DNA of 63,856 bases, filler included. It is 14 parts of 14 records of this genome, joined end to end, with 100 filler letters (N's around TTAATTAATTAA, not from the genome) between each part and the next. Parts side by side here need not be neighbours in the genome. Positions count along the whole stretch, not along the records: positions 1 to 3,214 come from SRR15195285_914; positions 3,315 to 6,696 come from SRR15195285_915; positions 6,797 to 11,459 come from SRR15195285_916; 11 more parts are not named here. The stretch is one strand, 5' to 3'. Made by a program: the position numbers and the translations under genes. Of this stretch, positions 1 to 11,559 are shown in pieces. The notes beneath the pieces were generated by a model. The model saw only the letters and a program-made list of their open reading frames with translations, searched no databases and was not told the DNA's origin. Within the stretch, counting starts at the first letter, position 1; each line of letters opens with the position of its first letter.

Positions 1-2961
1 GCTGCTGCTGCTGCTGCTGGTGGTGGTGGTTCCTGTTGCGGTGTAACTCTTCGTTCCGCTTCTTTTGGTACGCCTGAAACCGCTCGAACCGTTGGTTCTG
101 GGACATTTCTGGGTTTGCTGCTTGGTCGTATCTGCCTTTCTGTGTCGTAGCACGATTGTCTTGTTGATGCGTCGGGATAGGCGGTGGCGAGAGCATCGGT
201 GCAGGGGCCACAGGAGGTGGGGTCGGCCGGGAGCGCAACGGCGGAGGAGTAGGTGGGGCTGGAGGCACCGGCGAACTCGCTGATTTCAGATTTGACGCTG
301 GAGGCCGTGGTGCAGAACGCGCCACCCCGGGCTGTGTGCTCCCCGTGTCTCTATTTCTGCTGTCCAATCTTTCTTCTGGCTGCGCCTTCTTTGGTGACGG
401 TGTAGGTGGGGGCTGCTGCGGCTGTCTATCATATTGCGTCTGCTTCTGCTGCGCCTGTTGCTTCGTGCGTGTTTGCTGTTGAACGTGCTCGGCACGTTCA
501 CGCGCTTGCTCGTCCTGCTGCTTGCGCATCCGTTCCTTTTCTCGGCTGTGCTTCTGCTTCTCCTTCTTTGACATAGGTGTGCGTGCCGGGCGCGCTTCCT
601 GCTGTGTTTGCCTTCTTTGTCCCAATGTTCCGGGTCTTCCCTCGGCCTCTTTCGGTACCTGTCGCTGCTCAGTAGCTGAGAGCTTGTTCGCAGGCTGCGC
701 CGTCTGCCTCCTTTTTCCACCTGTCTCAAGCTCCCGCTCCCGCATTGCAGCAAGCTCGATGGCGGCACGAAACTGTTGCTGGCGAGTGGCAGGTGCTTTA
801 GCCTTCAACGCGGACAATCGCGCGCGCAGGTCCACGGCAGTACTGTTCCCGTTATCCCAAACCCATTCTTCTTCTGCAAGCAGCATCACCCTCCACGCCG
901 CCACATCTCCCTCGCCGTTGCCATCAGAACCGGCCAGCTCCAGCTCTGCCAGAATGAATGCTTCCAACTCGTACATTGCTGCGCCAGCCTCTGCGACAGC
1001 AGCAGCACCTGACCTCAAACGCTGCACCGTCTGCCGGCTTTCCCCTAGTGCAGCAGCTTCCATCGCACCGCAAGTTGGTGCATCAGAAGGCGGAGGCGAC
1101 GAGCGAAGATTGCTTGGCGGACGCAAATTGCGACCAGAAAGAGCCAAAGGTGACTGCTTTGCGACGGCGAGAAGCGCGGCACCGTGTGCCATGGCTTCGT
1201 CAGCATTGAGCTCGGCTCCGAGTGTCAGCACAGGTTCCTGATGATTCTGAGAGGCAGGGTCAGAACGATGTACTCGCTGCAATATCTGGCTGACAGCAGC
1301 TTGCAGCATGGGCACGCGACTGCCGCCCCCAACTAGCTGCACAGACTGCAAAATCTGTCGCTGTTTCGTTCCAGTGCGTTTCTGCTCGGCCATCCACTGC
1401 CTGAGGACTGTCTCTACCGGCGCGACCGACTTTACCACCAGTCCTTCAGCTGCCTTTTCAAACTCGACCCGCGAAACATTTGTCCGAAGCACCCCGTCCA
1501 CCATCGCAGCACGTCCGGCTGAATCAGTCTGATCCTCGCTATCTGTGGTCGGTAGCAGCAGCGGCAAACCCTCCAGCGTTACATATGCCGTTGTCGATGC
1601 TGATAGCACCTCCTTCACTCGCTTACCCTCGCGTAGCAGAGTCGCTGTCGCTCGGGCACCGGCGAGCAAGTCTTCTATTCGGCTGCTGTCAGTGTTGCTA
1701 CCAGCACCATCCGAGCCGGCAGTGAGCTGCGCAGCATACCGATCGCGCAGAATGCTCGCTATGAGCTCATCAAAAGAGCTGCCACCGACCGTTGGCTCCC
1801 AAGCTACGGCCTGGACGCTCACAGACTCAGGCTTCAGCGCACGGGCAGCTTCACCAGAGCTACTTGCAAGCGTCACGATGCTCGCAGTGACTGCTGTTGA
1901 ACCAATGTCAATTAGCAGTGCCGTCAGGCTGTGCGCCCGGTGCTGGGCAGCCGCAAGCTCCTCATCACTGCGACGAAGAGACCACTCGTGCACATACTTG
2001 AACGCAAGTGCAGCGTGGCTGTCCACTAACTCAATATCTCCCGGCAAGGTGCCACCGATGCCACCAATCACAGCAGCATCACGCAGCGCAGCTCGCTCGC
2101 ATGATCCCCACCATGGTGGTACCGTAATCACCGTCCAAACATCTGTAATGGTGCGATCTAGTCCTCCGAGGCGCTCCTCCGCGAGCGTGGCCGCGACGCG
2201 ATCCGAGAGGTGGGCGAGGAGGATCGCGTTCAGCTCCTCGGCGCTCACACACAGGTGTGGGCAGCAGCTCGTCATGCGCAGAGTGCCGCGCCCTTCGGCT
2301 TCCAGCCACGAGTACCACGGCATTCCCGCGTCCTCAAACCATCGCGGTCCTCCGCGCCCAGCGGTGCCTGTGCTGCCCCAGCCGAGCAGCTGGCGCAGAT
2401 GCACGAAGGTGAGGGATGGATTTCGGATTTGCGTAGCCAGCGCATCGTCTCCGTAGAGGATCGTGTCGTCCCGGAACCGTACGGTGGCCGCGGTCTTGCG
2501 CTGCAACCGGCACCATGCGACCGGGCAGCACAGCGAGCATCGCGCTCAGCAGCGATAGCCAACGTGTCACAGCAGCACGCGAACGACGCGGGGCTGAGCC
2601 GGCGATCGGTTCTGGAACAGACGCGCACCTTGCCGGCAGGTGTGAGCACGATGGGATCGGATCGCCGCACCAGACCACGGCACGAGCCACCCGAAGCCCT
2701 CACCTGCGCATCTGGCCCGCAGTGCCCCGACACCAGCTCCAGTGCCACCTGAACACGGAGCAAACACTATGAGGGGTAGCGTTCTCAAGAGAAACTCAGC
2801 CGTATTCACAGTCGCACCTTCGCGAATTCACTGCCGAGGTCAATCCCGACGTGCAGCCGCTGTGGATATACATCACCCTGAGCCGGGTCCGCCACTGCAG
2901 AGGCGGCGAGCAGCGAGCCCGCCGCAAGCAGCAGCGGGCCCGCAAGCCGCAGCAGCGCCAT
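1..2961 (-). CDS. HYOU1: Hsp70-superfamily ER chaperone, Grp170/HYOU1/Lhs1-like; 3'-partial. Exons 2961-2818, 2748-2629, 2500-<1.
   Basis: Manual translation: signal peptide MALLRLAGPLLLAAGSLLAASAVA, then VGIDLGSEFAK|VAL, IVLTPAGK|RKTAATV, TVITVPPWW..ERAALRDAA, LLIDIGST, VGGSSFDELIA, LLREGKRVKEVLSAS, VSRVEFEK, VQLVGGGSRVPMLQ, LNADEAMAHGAA. Two phase-0 GT-AG introns (2749-2817, 2501-2628). The frame runs off the window start. Confidence 0.85.
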
Positions 2962-3214
2962 GCTAGATCTAGCACGCGCCGCCACGCCAGCCTGCCATAG
3001 CCACCAGTGCTACGCCGCACAATCTGGGGGGAAATCTCCCATTGGAGGAGGAGTGCCAGGATCGACCGTATTTCGGCCCAGCAGCGCCGAAATTCTGGCC
3101 CTAGCACTTGCAATCCGTTGACCCACTCACGCGCGCACGCTCTAGCTCTTGATCAATCACAGCAGCCACGAGCCAGCCCTCACAGGGTACGGCCACCACA
3201 ATGTGATTCCTGGG

Positions 3215-3314
3215 NNNNNNNNNNNNNNNNNNNNNNNNNNNNNNNNNNNNNNNNNNNNTTAATTAATTAANNNNNNNNNNNNNNNNNNNNNNNNNNNNNN
3301 NNNNNNNNNNNNNN
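3215..3314. other. Artificial contig-joining spacer (first of 13)
   Basis: N44-TTAATTAATTAA-N44, a six-frame stop linker. Identical spacers start at 6697, 11460, 14946, 23047, 26814, 30652, 35452, 43096, 46273, 51743, 55012 and 60576. Adjacency across spacers has no biological meaning. Confidence 0.98.
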
Positions 3315-3643
3315 AGACACTGATCCAAGCTCTTCAGTCCCAGAAACGGTCACAGACGAATTGACGAGCTCGCACGAGCTCAGAATGGTACGTGGCGCGA
3401 GAGAGAAGGAGAGCTTGTAGTATTGCATAAACCGTACATTGCATTCATAATTATGAACTTGTCACTGTCACTGTCACTGTCACTGCTGGCACACAGGGCA
3501 TACGCCGTATGCCCTGTGTGTATGCGTGCGTGCTTGTGCAGGTGCTCAGTATTCTCACGCTGCGTGGTATACTAACGCGCAACATTAGAAACTTGCTTGA
3601 TTTACTCGATCGCGAGCATGATCCGTCTACCACCCCACTCGCA

Positions 3644-6331
3644 TCAATCAAAGGCAACTGCAGAAATCGTCATACCGTAAATACCCATCACACGGAGACA
3701 AACGCCGTTGTTGTGATCACCACTGTAGGCACCTGTTTGCTGCTGCAGCGGCGGAGTGTAGGTGAGCGTCCACCACGCACCCATCTGAAAGTCTGCGAAA
3801 TGTGGCTCCGGCGCGATCAGCTTAAAGCTGCGTAGATCCATCGGTCGTATGGCCTGTGCAGACTCGTTAGTGCCGACGGCGTATACCGAGACGTTGAGTG
3901 GGATGCCAGCGCTCGAATTGATTTTGAGCAAGATTCCCTGGCCCATGCCAATCGCAGCAGGGTAGCCAAGGCTCCTTGCGCCGGAAGGGTTGGCTGGATC
4001 TTGCAAGAACGATGCGTTGGTTTGCGATGGGCCCACGCGGATCCTCGGCATCGAAAGAGTGCCACGAAACCCATGCTGGGTGAGAGTAACACTCGATACC
4101 GAAGGTGGCATCTTCACGCGGTCAATGCCCATGGCCGTCTCGTTGTCAGCTGCGACATCAAAACCGAAGAGCACGTAGCCTTTGCTGCCATATTTGCCGA
4201 TCCAAGTGCCTTGTGTATCTTTGTCCAGCATGGGACTACTACGAGCCTTATATTGCGGCTGGGGAAATGGCATGTAATGCTCGATTCCCGCTGGTCGCGA
4301 TGGTGGAGCATGGCGATCCGGCGTTACAACAGCATGAGCCACTGGTGTCGGCAGCGCACATCTGTACCTTGCCTGTATGACATGCTGGCCTCGACTCAGA
4401 GCCGACCACACAAAGCGCGGGTGCTCAAAATCGTGGAGCAAGCCAACCTCAGAGGACGCCAGCGCTGACATGGGTGTGGCAGTACCGTCAACATGCACAG
4501 AACTGGGCACCAACTGGCACTCCGGATAACCGCGTCGTACGCCAACCATGCCTGCCACGGGTGCACTGATTCGAATCGTTGCCACACGTCCATCCATCGA
4601 ACGCCAGCCACTCATAGTTATCGGCTCACCTGTGTATGTCATGACCGAGACGTTCACAGATGAGGCACCGTCGCGTCCACGGTGATCACCCAAATAGGGC
4701 GAAGCGGTGTAGCTGGCGAAGCCCGGTCGGGATGGCTGCAGCCCACCCACCGCATGAGTGAGCCAAGCTGTAACGCCCGACGCCCAGGGATGACAATAAC
4801 TCGGCATTGTAGGGGCTTTGTCTCCTGGTTGCATGAACGAAACCCATTCTGGAGAGTAGATTTCCCAAAAGCAACCTCGACCGAGTTTCAGATTACTTCC
4901 CCAGCACAATCTGACTGATGCCAGCGCGTAGTCCATCATTCCTGCGTTTGAGTAAGCTTGCAGGTTCCAGTACTGATTGAAGGGCGAGAACGAGCAGGCC
5001 ACTGTCGAGTCGTTGAACTCACGGCTAAACATGACCTCAGTCTCAGCGCGGGTCGGCACGCCTGCATTGATTGCGTTTGCAGCCGCGTGCAACCCAAAGT
5101 TTGCATGCCATGCCCCGCCGCCGGCTGGCTCCAGCTGCCGCAAGCGAGCCGCGAGCTGCGTGACTGTAGCGGTATAGTTTGCAGCGAGCGCATCCTCCCC
5201 CGCGTGCTTGAGCGAGCGGCCCAGGTCGGCGGCTGACCGTACCACCAGTGGTGCGAACGCTAGTTGGCCGTCGGGACCACAATCTACACCGCAGAAGCCG
5301 TTGCCGAGCCGGTCGTCCCAGCCCATCCACTCTATATGAGGCTGCTGAAGGAAGTCTGCTACTCGGGCGTCAATAATGGAGCGCATGTCAGGCACCAGTG
5401 CGAGAAAACCTGCTTTGTCGCCGCTAGCCCAATAGTAGTCATTGACGGACATGGTCCAGTACAGCGGGTATGACATAATGCTGGCGTCTACTACCTTGTG
5501 ACCGTTCACACTTCCGCTGTTAGTTTGTTGGAGCATGCTCAGGACGAGCTTGTATGGCGAGAAGGCAACGAGTCCAGCAGCCATCGTTGGGTGTCCGTCG
5601 CCTTGAATTGAAACACGATCGCCCCGATCCATCAAAACCGAGTTGAAGCCGTGAGCCTCCATGTTCAGCCGAACGCCGTACGCGCCAGAGTACCACACCT
5701 TAGTGAGCACATCATCACTGCTGGCAAATGAGCCGGTGTACCGCACGGGTTTGACCTTGGCCACAACAGATACATTCGTGATACGCCAGGCAGGCACTAC
5801 TGTATCATCTGACGACGATGGCTCAAAAAAGATCCACGCGAAGCGTACCCCTTCATACAGCTCCGGGTTGGTCTCAAGCCGGTAGGTGGTGCCATAGGCC
5901 TTAACCGGCTTGGTTTTACCAGGCCACGGGTGATTGAACTCGGACACACAGGCCGAGACCGAGGCTGCGGCGGCTGCGCCGAGGTCCGGTGACTCAAACT
6001 CGAACCATCCCGCCCGCTCGACACCAAAGTCGAGGCGGAGCGCCCCTGTGCCTCTCACAGTCACGCCGACGGCTCCTCCTGTAAGCAGGCTTGACGTGCC
6101 GCTGAAAGACGTTTCTGGGGTGGCGCTCACTGCGCTCACAGCCCGTGTGCGATACACCTGAAGGGCAGAATCATTCGTCTGCGCGGACCACACGAAGCGG
6201 ACGAGAGGATCGTCGGCGTCAGGTTGCGCGGGCAGAGCTGTCTCGTTGACGCCATGCAACGGAGCGAACGGCTCGGGCGCCGACCACGCCAGCAGGGCGG
6301 CGGCTGCGCATTGGGGCAGCAGCATCAGCAT
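3644..6331 (-). CDS. Secreted alpha-L-rhamnosidase-like six-hairpin glycosidase (GH78-like) with an extra C-terminal module
   Basis: About 895-aa single ORF. Signal peptide from ATG 6331; LDFGVERAGW, F.SSDDVLTKVW, DRGDRVSIQGD, WMGWDDR, GCFWE, SYCHPWASG motifs typical of bacterial rhamnosidase-like enzymes. Confidence 0.75.
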   Translation of the reverse strand: MLMLLPQCAAAALLAWSAPEPFAPLHGVNETALPAQPDADDPLVRFVWSAQTNDSALQVYRTRAVSAVSATPETSFSGTSSLLTGGAVGVTVRGTGALRLDFGVERAGWFEFESPDLGAAAAASVSACVSEFNHPWPGKTKPVKAYGTTYRLETNPELYEGVRFAWIFFEPSSSDDTVVPAWRITNVSVVAKVKPVRYTGSFASSDDVLTKVWYSGAYGVRLNMEAHGFNSVLMDRGDRVSIQGDGHPTMAAGLVAFSPYKLVLSMLQQTNSGSVNGHKVVDASIMSYPLYWTMSVNDYYWASGDKAGFLALVPDMRSIIDARVADFLQQPHIEWMGWDDRLGNGFCGVDCGPDGQLAFAPLVVRSAADLGRSLKHAGEDALAANYTATVTQLAARLRQLEPAGGGAWHANFGLHAAANAINAGVPTRAETEVMFSREFNDSTVACSFSPFNQYWNLQAYSNAGMMDYALASVRLCWGSNLKLGRGCFWEIYSPEWVSFMQPGDKAPTMPSYCHPWASGVTAWLTHAVGGLQPSRPGFASYTASPYLGDHRGRDGASSVNVSVMTYTGEPITMSGWRSMDGRVATIRISAPVAGMVGVRRGYPECQLVPSSVHVDGTATPMSALASSEVGLLHDFEHPRFVWSALSRGQHVIQARYRCALPTPVAHAVVTPDRHAPPSRPAGIEHYMPFPQPQYKARSSPMLDKDTQGTWIGKYGSKGYVLFGFDVAADNETAMGIDRVKMPPSVSSVTLTQHGFRGTLSMPRIRVGPSQTNASFLQDPANPSGARSLGYPAAIGMGQGILLKINSSAGIPLNVSVYAVGTNESAQAIRPMDLRSFKLIAPEPHFADFQMGAWWTLTYTPPLQQQTGAYSGDHNNGVCLRVMGIYGMTISAVAFD

Positions 6332-7960
6332 CGCCGCTGCGGCGCGGTCCGATCCGCACACCTTGACCGGCGTTAAACGCGCCCCGGCGCCAACGCGCCG
6401 CGGCGCCGCCGGTTGCGATGCCGCGCGCGCGGCGGCGGATGCGCGCGCCGGACGCGTGCGGAGTGCGGTACGATACGCGGGTACGGGCTACGCGCGCGTG
6501 CGCCGCGGAGTGCGGTACGGGGGCCTGGCACAAGTTTTTAAAAGTTCATTCCGGCGCTTGCGGCTGTCGTCATCAATGATTCTACCGTACAAAATACGGC
6601 TGGGTTCATTGATATGACCGGCCGGTGTCGGGGACGTCGCCTAGCATCGTGTAGGCGTTCCCGGCACGGTCTGGAGAGCTACGAGCGCCAGCAAGGNNNN
6701 NNNNNNNNNNNNNNNNNNNNNNNNNNNNNNNNNNNNNNNNTTAATTAATTAANNNNNNNNNNNNNNNNNNNNNNNNNNNNNNNNNNNNNNNNNNNNGCTA
6801 TATCACGTTGTACTTAAACGCTGTGGTCTTCAGCACGCGCATGCACGCGCGCGCGCGCGCCAGCGAATCGAACGCACGCGCTCTCGCGCACCTGTGTGAA
6901 TGACAATTTGATCGATGAGCCGGCGGGAAGCGGGACTCACACCGCGCGGTGGTGATTCACACGTGCGTGTATTCGATGTGCCCAGATTGCTCTGCCAGAT
7001 GCATACTACTAGTAGTACGCTGCAAAAGGGTAATGTCTTGCTGCTGAAGTTGGCTGCAGAGAGGAGAAGGCATAGGACGGCGTCGCGCCCAGAATCATGG
7101 TACATGTGCGATGATGACGCCCCCGACAGACCCGCCGTAGCGACTGCTAACCTGGAGGGCACGCGCCTATTGCATGCTGATAGAGCTCGAGCAGCGCAGC
7201 GCTCACAGGAAGCATTGGAACTGCAGGTGAACGTGTGGCGCCCTAGGGTGGCTCAAACAACAACGTTACGACAGACGTGGTGTGAAGCGATGGAGTTAGC
7301 TGCTGAGTAGCTACAGCTTCTGGATCGCCCTGGCTGTTGAGACGTCGTACTGTATGTACTGTAGACAGACTTATCGGATGGAGTGGTATAGTAGTATGAA
7401 CTACCAGGTACCTGAACGGGTAGTATACTACTAGTAGTATGGTGTTGCGTGTTCAATGTGTGTTAGTGCCACAGTACCGAGTAGGCAGAGTGACTGGTAG
7501 GTGTACTGTACCGTCCATTTTGAAAATCAAAATCCATGGTGCGTGGCATGGTGGACCATCTGGCGGGTCGCGGGTGCACCCTCGAGGAGTTGACTGTGCA
7601 ATTGGGCACCACCACCCCGACGAGCACGCGCGCGAGGTGTGCCACGCGCATGAAGGCGAGTAGAAGTGCACGTCACGCACCGTAGGCCAAGGGAGTGGTG
7701 CAACGACCATGTCGGTGAGCAACCGGTGCGTGGCAGACACTGCGCACATGGTGGCAGGTGCGTTCGACGGCATCGCGGGTGCTGTATGCGCAGAACTTCG
7801 CGCTGTGGACTCCCAGCCGGATAGCCGTGAGAAGGTACTAAATATCTCGTACCTGGTAGAATCTAGTGGGCTACTAGGCTCAGAATATTCGGTACCTCAT
7901 TGGAAAACTCTGCTGACGCGAGAAAACACCGAGCTTCGCAGTACACGCCGTTGGCCTCAT

Positions 7961-10900
7961 TTACTGGCTGCACTCCTGCGGCGCGATGCACTCACACTTG
8001 CCGGTTTTGATTTGTGCGATAAATGGGTTGGCTGGTAGGCCGCTGCTACCCATGATTGGGCAGTTTGCGATGCATGGCTTTGTTGTAAAAGCGTCGGGGT
8101 CGGTGAGATCGCTGAACGCCGCCGACCCGACAGTTGCCAGTTGTCGAGGCGAAATTGGACAACAAGCGTGGCCAAGTGCGGAGCACACGCCAGGATACAG
8201 GTTCAGTCGCAGTGAAGGGTACTGGCAGTTTAGAGTTTTACAGAGTGTGGTGTACGAGCCATCAACTACAGTAGAATGAAGTGCTGTTGTCAACGAAGTC
8301 GGGTGTGCGCACGCACCAGCAGTCGACAATGCCCCTGTAGTCCCATGGAACCAAGAGTTGCCAGCAGTTATATGTTACCAGTCGTTAAAGCGAGAAACAA
8401 TTGTAGCACAAGGAGTAGACATCACATACGCCAGGTTCAGTTATAGTACCTCAGTGACCGTACTATTTCACTCTTAGAAATGAAGCACCAATTCTCACAG
8501 GAAGAGTGAGCTAAGTCCATGTCAGTATACGTCCTCTATAGGGTCGTTTGCATTGCGCACGCACCAGGCGTATTTGACGGCAGTAGGCGTTGCACCACGG
8601 AGAGGAGCGAGGTCTACTGTGATCGAAGAGTCAGTGGGACCCGCAAGGATCGGAAGATTAATCCACCCCATGTTGAACTCTGAAGAGTTGCTGGTTGGCT
8701 CCATGCCATCGCCACCGAAGGTTGGGAAGCGCCCGTTTGGTGCCCGCTCCTGACGCGTCTCGCCCTTCCCACCAGCCCAGGTTGGACAGTAGACGTTGCT
8801 GGTCGCATCGCTCTTATTTACAGGGATTGTCTCCAGACAAAACGCAGGTGCCTTGGTCTGCACATACAGTTGACTGCCGCCGTGCCACATTGGATTTCCA
8901 TGACCATGATAGTACGGCGTAAAGACTGGTTTGCTGTAATTTTGAAGGACGACCTTGTCGCCACGCAGCATCGTGGGGTCGAACTCAATCGTCAGCGACT
9001 TGGAGTCCAGGGAACAACCGGAAAGTGTCGGGCCAGTGAAAGATTGCTTGCCACCGTACGACGGCACCGTGTTAAATGCGGCCTTCGCGAGTCGCTTCCC
9101 TACATATATTTTGGATCGTGCTGTTGCCCCGCGGTGGTACCCAGCACATGGCCGTCACAGGTGACAGTCAGTGACCGTGGACGACAGCACGGACCTCAAG
9201 CACTGTGGTGTAGTGACTCACGGTGAATACTTCCCATATACTGGCTAGTGCCAGCATTGGCAGCGCACATGTTTGCACACTTGGCCTGCCATGCTGGTGG
9301 ACACGTTGACTTGTTCTCATTGAATCCTGCTCCGTCGAAAATGTATCAGATAGTTCCTGTACGGTCGTGGATTTGCACGAAAGTCAAAACTTCAAGTGAT
9401 TTCAGTGCTGTACCATGATTGTCACAGCATGCATGGGTGGGCGAGCTGGCGTTCCAGCCGACCACGACACAAGGCCCACGATCTCCACTCCATTCGTCGT
9501 CTGTGTCATAAGCCTGGGCTAAGAAGGTGCCTGCCATCAGATCATGATGTGGGTTGGAGCCAGGCGGAGGAAGTACCCTGGTCATTTTGACAATGTGCGG
9601 CGAGCAACGAGTATCTAGGATAGTTCAACGAAGAGCTCAGACAAACTCGCTCAGACACAAAAACACATCTAGATAAACGGCAGGCAGAGGGAATTCCATG
9701 TCGCACCCAAACCCGGCGGTCTGTGCTTGGCGCATAGCGCCCATGGCCAAACTGCTCGCTCCCTCAGACCCAGAGCTCGCGAGCGTCACAATGCCGAACG
9801 GGGCATGCGGGTCGGTGGTGCCAGCAGTGGCACTCCAGAGCTGGCGCCACTGGGAAACGAGTGCGGCCATCTCGCACGAGTACCCCGCCTTGGCTTGCGC
9901 ATTGCCCATGACGTTGTGACAGTCGTTCTCCCCTTGGTACCTAGCCATGACACAGTGGCCAGGTACAGTCCAACTTTCAGAACGAATTTCACATGCCGGC
10001 AGAGCTGAGACGTTCAATTGGGATAGCTGAACTCACCAGAGAAATCCTTTGAGAGTCATGGACACGTACGGCATGACTCGTGTGTCGTGGTATTCTTGAT
10101 TGCTCGCAGACTTGCTAGTAAACTGACATGACGCGATGGTGTCGTTCGTTAGCCACTGCTCAATCGTGCTTCCTCCCCAAGCTGTATGAACCTGCACAAC
10201 ACGCATGTAGTACGAGCAAGATAGTATGCAGTGAGACAGGTTGCGATAACGACCTCTCTTCATACCAGAATGGTAGTGTCAGTCTTGAAAGCTGAGTTCA
10301 AAGTGCAGTGCACACCAGGCCAAGCGGTGGCGAGGTCGCCCCGTTAGTCGCGTGCATGTCGCTGAGCTCTTGGCCAAAGTAGAAGCAGCTCGCAGAGAAT
10401 TTCATCAAGCTGACGTTCGTGGCACACGGTACGCGCTAGAATCTTAGAGTCCAGGCGCTACACGAAAGTAATGTCAGCTACCTCAGCAAGTCTCATGCTC
10501 TCGAGAATGCACTTTACCTGGAGCTGTCCGAGTCCGCGCCGGCTGCACCAGGGCTTGCCGGCTGCGCCAGAGCTTGCTTCAACGTAGCCCATGGTTGGTC
10601 GATATTCATGTTGCCAGCGAGCCCGTGTATACGGATATTCGCATATTTACCGTCTTTAATCGCGTCGCGGGTCTCGTTCCTTGAGTACGTGTGCAGAAGC
10701 GGCAGAGCCATGTTCGATTGGCCGGAGCAGTACCTAGATCAGAAGATTAGGGCGCAACAGCGAAATTCCGGGTCCGGGAGCGTTAATACACTGGGCGTCA
10801 CACTGCAATACATCAGACATTGTGTGCGTACAGACCGAACAGCATACTCACCATACATCGCCGAACGTCACGTGTTCAGCGCTGACAGCAGCTTTGGTGT

Positions 10901-11288
10901 CCGAACACCCCGTGCACGTAGCTGTGACGGTGTAGTCGCCGCCAGCCTTCTGTGGCGCGAGACAGGCTTTCCAGTGGCCGCCAGCTGTCACCTCAGCGGC
11001 AACCTCCTGCGCTAGAGAAGCATCGGAGTCGTCCGACACGCTGCTTATCTTGACCGTCGCAGCGGTGCCACCAGCTCCCAGCATACCGTACACGCACGCC
11101 TTCGCCGGGGCCTGCTGAAGCACCATGTACGAGCCAAGACTCTTGCTGAAGCAAATGCCGGCGCTGGCGTTGCACGGGACCCATGCAGTCGGCGGTTTGC
11201 TCGCGAGCGCTGAACCTGACGCCGCCGCGAGTTCAGAAGATGCTGCCGCCGCCGCCGCTATCAGCGCCACGTATGCCTGATGCTTCAT
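7961..11288 (-). CDS. Secreted sialate O-acetylesterase (SASA/SGNH family), multi-exon
   Basis: Signal peptide; spliced motifs TFGDVW|YCSGQSNM, TAWGGSTIEQW, GFLW|YQGEN, LVSQWRQLW..PFGIVTL, MRQAQ, AVKYAW; last exon ends ..GLPANPFIAQI..CECIAPQECSQ* at 7961. GT-AG introns at the motif junctions; not all exon boundaries resolved. Confidence 0.85.
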
Positions 11289-11559
11289 AGTTGATCTCGC
11301 TGCCAGATGCCTCACTTGAATTAGCTGAATGCGCGCGTGACGTGTGGGTGTGGGTGCCAGGCGTGACGACTCGCTCCGGAGGGGGTGATAACGGCTGATA
11401 ACGGCTGATATACGACCAGGGGGGTGCCTGATGCTCTGTCGCGCTGCAGCTGCGCGAGGNNNNNNNNNNNNNNNNNNNNNNNNNNNNNNNNNNNNNNNNN
11501 NNNTTAATTAATTAANNNNNNNNNNNNNNNNNNNNNNNNNNNNNNNNNNNNNNNNNNNN

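Noticed and set aside
522-2456. Plus-strand ORFs of 239 and 303 aa
   Set aside because: Antisense shadows of the minus-strand HYOU1-like gene.
6797-7960. Short ORFs (e.g. 6915-7310) and CG/CA-rich stretches
   Set aside because: No recognisable motif or consistent splice model; unexplained, probably non-coding.
11385-11410. TGATAACGGC tandem repeat upstream of the SASA gene
   Set aside because: Only about 2.5 copies; too short to interpret.
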